Shown: positions 39,201 to 47,998 of the stretch, piece after piece
How the letters are laid out: each line of letters starts with the position of its first letter
Position numbering within the stretch: position 1 is the stretch's first letter
NCBI GenBank assembly: GCA_016125475.1
Contig: WGLR01000005.1
Location: forward strand, 11,859-75,858
Direction: 5' to 3'
Source of the DNA: Betaproteobacteria bacterium
Lineage (GTDB): Bacteria; Pseudomonadota; Gammaproteobacteria; Burkholderiales; Ga0077523
DNA length: 64,000 nucleotides
Notes under the pieces: model-generated
Told to the model about the DNA's origin: nothing
What the model saw: only the letters and a program-made list of their open reading frames with translations
The model's database searches: none
Position numbers and translations under genes: made by a program

Positions 39201-41388
39201 GCGACAGCTCGCCGGGCTGTGTGCCCGACAGCCCGCGATCGCGCGACACCTCGCCGATGTCGTCGCCGAGTACAACGGCTGGCCCGGCGATGCCGCGAGC
39301 TTCGATCTCCTGCACGCCCTGATCAAGCGGCAGGCGTGGCGTCTCGCGTCCTGGCGCGTCGCGTCGGACGACATCAACTATCGCCGCTTCTTCGACGTGA
39401 ACGATCTCGCCGCGCTGCGCATGGAGGATCCGGACGTGTTCGACGCGACGCATCGGCTCGTCCTCGACCTCGTCGCGCGCGGCGACGTGGACGGTCTGCG
39501 CGTGGACCATCCGGACGGACTGTACGATCCCGTGCGCTACTTCGAGCGGCTGCAGATGCGCGCCGGCGGCCCGGACCGCTCCGTCGGCCCGCTCCCGGGC
39601 CCGCTGTCGCTGTACGTGGTCGTCGAGAAGATCCTGGCCGAGCACGAGCACCTGCCGGAGGACTGGTCGGTCCACGGCGAGACCGGGTACCGGTTCTCGA
39701 ATCTCGTGCACCAGCTTTTCGTGGATGCTCAGGCCGAGGGACGATTCACGCGGATCTGCGCACAGTTCACGGGCGAACGCAGGGACTTCGATGCGATCGC
39801 CTACGAGGCGAAGAAGATCATCCTGAACACTTCCCTCGCGAGCGAACTCAACGTGCTCGCGAACCGTCTGTGGCGCATCGCCATGGCGAGCCGCGAGACC
39901 TGTGACTACACACTGAACGGACTCCGGGATGCGCTCGCGGAAGTCGTCGCGTGCTTTCCGGTCTACCGTGGCTACCTCGCGGACGACAGGTCCCGGCCCG
40001 AGGATCGCCGCAACGTGGAGTGGGCCGTCGCGGTTGCACGCAGGCGTGCCGGACCCGCGGACGTGTCGATACACGACTTCCTGGGAGCCGTGCTCACGAC
40101 GGAGATCGCGGCCGGCCGGAGCAGAAGCTATCGCGACATCGTCGTGTCCTTCGCGATGCGTGCGCAGCAGTACACGGCGCCGGTGATGGCGAAGGGCGTG
40201 GAGGACACGGCGTTCTACCGCTATCACCGTCTGGTGTCCCTGAACGACGTCGGGGCCGATCCGCGGCGTTTCGGGATGTCGGTGGCGGGTTTCCATCAGG
40301 CCAGCCGCGTGCGGGCCGGTGCCTGGCCGCACGGGATGCTCGCCACGTCGACCCACGACAGCAAGCGGTCCGAGGACGTGCGCGCGCGCCTCGACGTGCT
40401 GTCGGAAATTCCCGCGGCGTGGAAGCTGCTGCTGCGCCGGTTCGCCCGCAGCAACCGGAGCAGGAAGCGGCTCGTCGACGAGGCGCCGGCGCCTTCGCGG
40501 AACGACGAGTATCTGTTCTATCAGACGGTGATCGGGACCTGGCCGACCGGGACCGTCGACGCGACGGCACTGGCCGACTATCGCGCGCGCATCGACCGCT
40601 ACATGATCAAGGCGGCGCGGGAGGCCAAGGTCCACACGAGCTGGCTCAGCGTGAACGAGGACTACGAGAAGGCACTGTCCGCGTTCGTCGCGGCCGTGCT
40701 CACGCCCGGACGCCGGAATGCGTTCCCGGACGACCTCGCGACGGCCGTGCGCACGATCTCGCACTGCGGATTCCTGAACGGCCTGTCGCTGGCACTGCTC
40801 AAGTTCACGTCGCCGGGCGTGCCGGATCTCTACCAGGGAAACGAACTCTGGCGGTTCGATCTCGTGGACCCCGACAACCGGCGTCGTGTCGACCACGCCG
40901 TGCGTCGCACGCTGCTCGAGGAAATCGCGGCGAGGTTCTCCGGGCCACCGACGGCCTGGCGCGACACGCTCCGCGCGCTCGTGGAGGCGCCGGAGGACGG
41001 ACGGATCAAGCTCTATCTCACGTGGCGCGTGCTGTCGTTGCGTCGACAGTGGCCGGAAGTGCTCGGCGACGGCGTCTACGAGGCGCTCGTCACCGAGGGT
41101 GACGCGGCGGACCATCTTGTCGCGTTCGTGCGACGTCGCGAAGGACGGGCAGTCGTGGTGGTCGTGCCGCGGCTCGTCGCCAGGCTCGCCGGCGAGCCCG
41201 TCGATCTGCGTGACGTGTCGCGACTATGGGGCGACACCAGTGTCCGTCTTCCCGAGTCGGTCGGCGCGGTGCAGTGGACGGACGTGCTCGGGGGCAACAG
41301 TGCCCTGGAAGGTCCGGCCACGGAACTGCCGGCGCGCGAACTCTTCCGGAACTTCCCGGTGGCGCTGCTCGCGGGCAGCGTGCGGTGA
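36253..41388 (+). CDS. single ORF fusing 4-alpha-glucanotransferase (MalQ, GH77) to malto-oligosyltrehalose synthase (TreY, GH13_26)
   Basis: 1711 aa with no stop. Residues 1 to about 735 are MalQ ([23 protein letters not shown]). From the in-frame ATG at 38461 onward it is TreY ([15 protein letters not shown]...[36 protein letters not shown]). The start codon overlaps the treZ stop (TGATG). Confidence 0.85.
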   Translation: [1711 protein letters not shown]

Positions 41389-41431
41389 GACGGCCGGTGG
41401 CGATGCACCGACCCGTTCGAACCGTGCGCGG

Positions 41432-42718
41432 GTGGTTAGAATCGGCTGTGCGTACCATCTGCCGCCACGGGAGTCGTGTCTGAACACATTCGAACGAGAG
41501 GACGCCAACGCGCTGACGGAGGAATGCGCGCTGCGGTCGTTGCGCCTGCTGCGCGAGAATCTCGGCCCGCACGGCTTTCTCGCGGCCGCGCCCACGGCGG
41601 CGGCGCGTGCACGCAGCTACGACCGGGTCTTCGGCCGCGACGCGGCGCTCTGTGCGATCGCAGCGGCGCGGACGGGAGACGACGCGCTCGTGCGGGGTGC
41701 CGTCCGCAGCCTGGAGACGCTCGCCGGGCACCAGGCCGAGAACGGGCAGATTCCCAAGTTCGTCGTGCCGGAAAGGCGTCACGCGGATTTCTGGTATCTC
41801 GGCTGCATCGACGCGACCCTCTGGTGGCTCATCGCGCTGCGGCTGGTCTCGACGGCGATCGGGACGCGCGCGCTCGAGCGTCGGCTCGCGCCGAACGTCG
41901 AGGCCGCGACGCGCTGGCTGCTCTGTCAGGAACACCAGCAGATACGCCTCCTGCAGCAGAACGAGGCGAGCGACTGGGCGGACATCATGCCGCGCTCGGG
42001 ATTCGTGCTGTACACGAACGCACTCTGGCATTACGTGAAGCGACTGCATGGACTGCCCCGGGCGCGCGAGACACGCGAACACTTCAACGCGCTGTTCTTC
42101 CCGTTCTCCCGCCACGTTCCTGACTACAAGCGTCTCAGGCTGCTCGTGCACTACGTGCGCAACCGTGCCCGAAACCGCGAGATGTACCTGAGCTACGTGA
42201 ACCTCGCGACCTGGGGAGAGGAGGGCGACGTCTTCGGAAACGTCCTCGCGGTCCTGCTCGGGCTTGCCGACGACCATCGCTCCCGGTGCATTCTCGATGC
42301 CGTTGCCCGCGTGCAGGTCGGGGCACCGTACCCTGTCCGCGTCACGGCGTCTCCGATCCCGGAGCACGACAGGCAGTGGCGCACCTACATGGGGCGCCAC
42401 CGACAGAACACGCCGCACCGGTACCACAACGGCGGGATCTGGCCCTTCGTCGGGGGCTTCTGGGCGCTCGCACTCGCACGGCAGAGGCGACTGCCGGAGG
42501 CGCGCTCGGTACTGACGGGTCTTGCGCGCGCGAACGCGCAGGGCGGGTGGTCTTTTCGCGAATGGTTCCACGGGGCGACCGGCGCTCCCGAGGGGATGGA
42601 GCGGCAGTCCTGGAACGCCGCGCTGTTCCTGCTGGCCCGGGACGGCATCGCGGCGATCGAGGGAGCGTCGCGCCGTCGCGGAGCCGGTCCCGGCGTCAGT
42701 AGCGCAGGGTCATCGTGA
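41432..42718 (+). CDS. (alpha/alpha)6-barrel glycoside hydrolase, GH100 / amylo-alpha-1,6-glucosidase (GDE_C)-like
   Basis: YDRVFGRDAALCA, ENGQIPKF, DATLWWLIAL, SDWADIMPRSG, YHNGGIWPFVGGFWALA, QSWNAALFL. There is no in-frame ATG near the N-terminus. Start is provisional (GTG 41432; CTG 41459 and 41480 are alternatives). Confidence 0.65.
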   Translation: MVRIGCAYHLPPRESCLNTFEREDANALTEECALRSLRLLRENLGPHGFLAAAPTAAARARSYDRVFGRDAALCAIAAARTGDDALVRGAVRSLETLAGHQAENGQIPKFVVPERRHADFWYLGCIDATLWWLIALRLVSTAIGTRALERRLAPNVEAATRWLLCQEHQQIRLLQQNEASDWADIMPRSGFVLYTNALWHYVKRLHGLPRARETREHFNALFFPFSRHVPDYKRLRLLVHYVRNRARNREMYLSYVNLATWGEEGDVFGNVLAVLLGLADDHRSRCILDAVARVQVGAPYPVRVTASPIPEHDRQWRTYMGRHRQNTPHRYHNGGIWPFVGGFWALALARQRRLPEARSVLTGLARANAQGGWSFREWFHGATGAPEGMERQSWNAALFLLARDGIAAIEGASRRRGAGPGVSSAGSS

Positions 42719-43376
42719 GCTGCTCCTGTTCGCGCTTAAGATCGAGGCGATTCAGGAAGCTCATGCCGAGCAGCGCAAAGGGCATGTTCGCGGATTCGTG
42801 GACGAGACCGTCGACGTTGTTCAGCGTGATGCTGCCGACCTTGACGGTGTTCAGTTTGACCCGGTAGACCACGGCCGGGCCATTGGCGGTGTTGCTGATG
42901 CCACGCTGGCCCTGGAGGTAGTTGATGCCGATGCGCCGCGCGTCCGACACGCCCATCGAGACCATGGTGGCGCCCGTGTCCACGAGGAAGCGGATGGGGA
43001 TGCCGTTGATGCTGCCGTCGGCGTAGTAGTGACCGCCGGAGTCGGCGTTCAGGGTGACCGTCGGCTTGCTGCTGGGCGCGTAGGACCCGATGATGACCTG
43101 GCCGCCGGTCGTGAGGGTGCGTCGCTTGCCGTCGATCTCGAACACCGCGGCATCGGAGGTGGCGGAGATGAGCCTGACGGCGCCGAGTGTCTGCCCTGCC
43201 GACATCATCCGGGGCTTCGCGCCGTCGACCACGACGAAGGCCTTGTCGTGGAAGAGGCCCACGACCCGCACGTCGGTGGCGCCGGCCACGCCGCAGATTA
43301 GCCAGAGAGCGAGAACTGCAATAGCATTCCCGTCACCCAGCCAGCGTACCCTGCCACGCATGAAACCGATCGCCAT
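42696..43376 (-). CDS. retropepsin-like (clan AA, TIGR02281-type) aspartic protease, membrane-anchored
   Basis: N-terminal hydrophobic segment AIAVLALWLICGVAGA. Catalytic FLVDTGATMVSM (DTG). Start is ambiguous (ATG 43376 or 43361). The 3' end overlaps the GH100-like gene by 23 nt. Confidence 0.7.
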   Translation of the reverse strand: MAIGFMRGRVRWLGDGNAIAVLALWLICGVAGATDVRVVGLFHDKAFVVVDGAKPRMMSAGQTLGAVRLISATSDAAVFEIDGKRRTLTTGGQVIIGSYAPSSKPTVTLNADSGGHYYADGSINGIPIRFLVDTGATMVSMGVSDARRIGINYLQGQRGISNTANGPAVVYRVKLNTVKVGSITLNNVDGLVHESANMPFALLGMSFLNRLDLKREQEQLTMTLRY

Positions 43377-44070
43377 CTTTCGCCATTCTCCCACTGAAGG
43401 TCCCGGATTCTTCGCCGAATTCCTCGATCGACGAAACGTGCCCTGGCACCTCGTTGCCATCGATGCAGGCGAGAGCGTGCCAGACACACCGGACGCGTTC
43501 TCGGGCCTCGTCTTCATGGGAGGGCCCATGAGCGTCAACGACGACCTCCCGTGGATCCCGCCCGTGCTGCACCTGATCCGGGCAGCTGCAGCAGTTAGCG
43601 TGCCTGTGCTCGGACACTGCCTCGGCGGCCAGCTGATGGCCAGGGCCTTCGGTGGCAGCGTGACCCGCAATCCCGTGAAGGAAATCGGCTGGGGGAAGGT
43701 CGACGTCGAGGATAACATCGTCGCACGCGAGTGGTTCGGGACGGACACCCGGGCGTTCCTCTCCTTTCACTGGCACGGCGAGACGTTCTCCCTGCCGGCC
43801 GGGGCCACGCGCATCATGGGCAGCCGGCACTGCCCGAATCAGGGCTTCGTGACCGGCCCCCATCTCGGCATGCAGTGCCACGTGGAAATGACGCGGGAGA
43901 TGATCGAGGTGTGGTGCGAGACCGGGGGTGACGAGATCGCGCAGAGTCCCGGGCCCGCCGTGCAGCAGCCCGCGGAGATGGCCGTCGACGTGGCGGAGCG
44001 TCTCGACGCGCTGCATCGCGTCGCTGCACGCCTGTACGAACGCTGGATGCAGGGCGTCGTGCGGACATGA
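43360..44070 (+). CDS. class I glutamine amidotransferase-like protein
   Basis: 236 aa. MKPIAIFRHSPTEGPGFFAEFL..., nucleophile elbow GHCLGGQL, and HWHGETF...CHVE. Confidence 0.8.
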   Translation: MKPIAIFRHSPTEGPGFFAEFLDRRNVPWHLVAIDAGESVPDTPDAFSGLVFMGGPMSVNDDLPWIPPVLHLIRAAAAVSVPVLGHCLGGQLMARAFGGSVTRNPVKEIGWGKVDVEDNIVAREWFGTDTRAFLSFHWHGETFSLPAGATRIMGSRHCPNQGFVTGPHLGMQCHVEMTREMIEVWCETGGDEIAQSPGPAVQQPAEMAVDVAERLDALHRVAARLYERWMQGVVRT

Positions 44071-44531
44071 CGACCCGGCGAACGCACGAAGCACAGCTCG
44101 CACGCGCGCTCGTGGGGGGGCAGTTCCTGCTGCTCGGGCTCTGGGTCCTGACCGGGCACGTCCTCGCGGCCACGCCTACCGGGCGCGTGGTGCAGGCGCT
44201 CGGTGTCGCACTCGCGCTCTGGGCGTTCGCCGTGATGATCCGCGCGCAGGGCCGGATGTTCCGGATCTCGCCGATCCCCGAAGGTCACCGGACGCTCGTG
44301 CGCAGCGGTCCCTATCGCTGGATTCGCCACCCGATGTACGCGTCCATCTTCCTGGTGGTCACCCCGCCCGTGGCGGAGTGGCGCACGGGACCGGGCGTGC
44401 TGCTGCTCGTGTCGCTCGCGCTCGTGATCGTGAGCAAGCTGCAGTTCGAGGAGCGACTGCTGCTCGACAGGTTCCCGGGCTATGCGGACTACCGGCGCGC
44501 CACGGCACGCATCATCCCGTTCCTCTACTGA
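44067..44531 (+). CDS. isoprenylcysteine carboxyl methyltransferase (ICMT/PEMT)-family membrane methyltransferase
   Basis: 154 aa, 4 TM helices. Signature RSGPYRWIRHPMYASIFL...EERLL. Start overlaps the previous stop (ATGA). Confidence 0.75.
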   Translation: MTTRRTHEAQLARALVGGQFLLLGLWVLTGHVLAATPTGRVVQALGVALALWAFAVMIRAQGRMFRISPIPEGHRTLVRSGPYRWIRHPMYASIFLVVTPPVAEWRTGPGVLLLVSLALVIVSKLQFEERLLLDRFPGYADYRRATARIIPFLY

Positions 44532-44558
44532 CGGACTTCCTGCGGGCGCACCCGAGCT

Positions 44559-45044
44559 TCAGTCGCGGAAGTTCTTGAACTGGAGGGGGAAGTCCGTCAT
44601 GGACTTCTTCACCAGCGCGATCGTGTCCTGCAGCAGATCCTTCTTCGCGCCCGAGACGCGCACCACGTCGCCCTGAATCGATGCCGAGACCTTGAGCTTG
44701 CTGTCCTTGATCATCTTCACGATCTTCTTCGCTCGCTCGGTTTCGATGCCGGTCTGCACCGTGATCGCCTGCTTGACCTTGTTCCCGCTGATCTTCTCGC
44801 TGGTACCGAGATCGAGACAGCGTACGTCCACGCCGCGTTTCGCGAGCTTGCCCGTGAGGACGTCGCGCACCTGGTCGAGCTTGAAGTTGTCGTCCGCGAA
44901 TGCCGTGAGGACGGTTTCGGACTGCTCGACTCGGGCGTCCGAGCCCTTGAAGTCGAAGCGGTTGGTGATTTCCTTGTTGGCCTGATCGACGGCATTGCGG
45001 ACCTCGACCTGGTCGACTTCCGAGACGATATCGAATGAAGGCAT
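44559..45044 (-). CDS. yajQ: YajQ-family nucleotide / cyclic-di-GMP-binding protein
   Basis: 161 aa from the ATG at 45044, preceded by [40 protein letters not shown] is near-canonical YajQ. Confidence 0.9.
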   Translation of the reverse strand: MPSFDIVSEVDQVEVRNAVDQANKEITNRFDFKGSDARVEQSETVLTAFADDNFKLDQVRDVLTGKLAKRGVDVRCLDLGTSEKISGNKVKQAITVQTGIETERAKKIVKMIKDSKLKVSASIQGDVVRVSGAKKDLLQDTIALVKKSMTDFPLQFKNFRD

Positions 45045-45118
45045 GTGGTCACTCCCGACGGGAAAATCGTTATCGGTGATGGCGCGGGACACCGGCGAGG
45101 CGCCGCCGCCACACCTCG

Positions 45119-45700
45119 CTAGGCGATCGGTCGCAGCGCCATCGTGAACGACTGGAACGGCGCACCGGTGCCATCGTCGAACTCGGCCGCGGCGGCGATC
45201 CCGTGGCGCGCGATCGCGTCGGCATCCATGTCGGGACGGTCGTAGACCGAGTACATGGCGCCGAGCGCGTAGTCGCTGCCGCTGCCGTACGCGTAGAACT
45301 TCGCGAACTCCTGCACGGTACGCTGGCCGGACACGCCGTAGATCCCGGTCGCATTCGCGATCAGGACGTCGAGGCGCGTGGACTCGATCGCGTCCTCCTT
45401 GTCCTCTTCGGGCTGCAGGAAGTAGCGTTCCTTGAAGTCGCCGTGAAGGCGGTTCCAGAACCTGAAGATCTCCGCCACCGAACCGAGTCCCGGCAGGTCA
45501 TCCATCGATCCGAAGTAGTCGTGCAGGATATGCTTGAACGTCGCATTGCCGGTGATCGCGACGAAACTCTCGCCGACCTTCAGGATCTTCTCGTGGTTCC
45601 GGACGTAGGTGGAGGATTCCTTGACGGGACCCCATTTGGTGAGCGTGTCGGCGGCGATCGCCGCGACACCCTGCTTGCGAACGACTGCGATCGTGGTCAT
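45119..45700 (-). CDS. orphan proteasome-type Ntn (Thr1) peptidase, HslV/BPH-like
   Basis: 193 aa. [19 protein letters not shown]... parallels HslV MTTIVSVRRNGHVVIAGDG. The Lys in NHEKILKVG sits at the Lys33-equivalent position, and the GSG loop is [14 protein letters not shown]. No hslU is adjacent. Confidence 0.65.
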   Translation of the reverse strand: MTTIAVVRKQGVAAIAADTLTKWGPVKESSTYVRNHEKILKVGESFVAITGNATFKHILHDYFGSMDDLPGLGSVAEIFRFWNRLHGDFKERYFLQPEEDKEDAIESTRLDVLIANATGIYGVSGQRTVQEFAKFYAYGSGSDYALGAMYSVYDRPDMDADAIARHGIAAAAEFDDGTGAPFQSFTMALRPIA

Positions 45701-45721
45701 GGCCGGACGCCGGTGCGGGGC

Positions 45722-46036
45722 TCAGGCGCCGTAGTGGCAGACATAGTCCACCATCTCCAGCGTCTCGATGTCGAACGAGGAGTTCGCGGGTACCTCGAAG
45801 CGGTCACCGGCCCCGAATTCCTGCCAGTCGGACTGCCCGGACAGCCGCACGCGGCATCGTCCCGCGTTGAGTTCCATGACTTCCGGGGCACCCGTGCGAA
45901 ACTCGAGTGTGCCCGCAAAGATGACGCCGACGGACTTCCTGGTGCCGTCCGGGAACTCGATCGAGTGACTCACGCACCGGCCGCCGAAATAGACGTTCGC
46001 CTTCTTCACCACGGAGACGTTCTCGAAGCGATCCAT
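45722..46036 (-). CDS. ppnP: pyrimidine/purine nucleoside phosphorylase (DUF1255/YaiE)
   Basis: 104 aa. [33 protein letters not shown]...GAPEVMEL is the cupin-type PpnP pattern. Confidence 0.85.
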   Translation of the reverse strand: MDRFENVSVVKKANVYFGGRCVSHSIEFPDGTRKSVGVIFAGTLEFRTGAPEVMELNAGRCRVRLSGQSDWQEFGAGDRFEVPANSSFDIETLEMVDYVCHYGA

Positions 46037-46047
46037 CGCGGCCGGCC

Positions 46048-47298
<1,251 letters not shown>

Positions 47299-47423
47299 GT
47301 TCGGCTGCTGATGGTGAGTGATGGTTTTCGATTCGGGTGCACGGGGTTCAGGGTCGCCGCATGCGGGGGATCCGGAACACGGGCGTGCGCGGTGACCGGG
47401 GGCGGCTTCCCCGGGCATACGGC

Positions 47424-47927
47424 TCAGGTCCGGTTCGGGTCGTCCTCGATCTCCCGCTGGAACTGGCCGTCGACCCACTGGCCGCGCAGTACACGCCCTT
47501 CGGGCGTGCGCAGCGTGCCGAAGCCGTCGGGCTTGCCGTTCTTCCAGGCGCCTTCGTAGATGCTGCCGTCCGCGGCGTAGTAGGTCCCCTGGCCGTTCTG
47601 CTTGCTGTGCGACCACTCGCCCTCGTAGCGTCCGCCGTCGACCATCATCTGGGTGCCGTGCCCGTCTGCGTAGCCGCCCTTCATCTCGCCTTCGTAGGAC
47701 TCGTCGGCGATGCCGGAGAGAAAGAACTGCAGGACGCCCTTGCCCTCTGCGAATCCATCCTTGCAGCCGCCCGACCACGTCACGGTTTCCTCGGGGCGGG
47801 GCACCGGATTGTAGATCCTGCAGCCGTTCTGATCCGTGATGAAGTTGTCGTCGCGCGCGAACGCGGCGCAGGCTGCCAGGATCAGGAAGGCACCGAGAAG
47901 CGACTTGAAGCACTTGCGGAAGGTCAT
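47424..47927 (-). CDS. secreted MORN-repeat protein
   Basis: 167 aa. Signal peptide [24 protein letters not shown]. Repeated YEGE(W/M)..G..(D/N)G.G units ([42 protein letters not shown]). GGAG lies 8 nt before the ATG. Confidence 0.7.
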   Translation of the reverse strand: MTFRKCFKSLLGAFLILAACAAFARDDNFITDQNGCRIYNPVPRPEETVTWSGGCKDGFAEGKGVLQFFLSGIADESYEGEMKGGYADGHGTQMMVDGGRYEGEWSHSKQNGQGTYYAADGSIYEGAWKNGKPDGFGTLRTPEGRVLRGQWVDGQFQREIEDDPNRT

Positions 47928-47998
47928 CGCGACATCTCCGGGATCAATGGAAGGGTGCGCACGTGCCGCGACCGGTGCCGCACGATGCGCGCGGGCCG

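Noticed and set aside
40886-41431. The 610-aa version of the GH100-like ORF starting at the ATG at 40886.
   Set aside because: The first ~180 codons overlap the 3' end of the malQ-treY ORF in another frame and translate to Arg/Ser-rich low-complexity sequence. Family-like sequence begins only near 41480.
47299-47913. N-terminal extension of argG (621-aa ORF 46048-47913).
   Set aside because: Canonical ArgG begins at [18 protein letters not shown] (ATG 47298). The extension is Arg-rich and overlaps the well-formed MORN-repeat gene in another frame.
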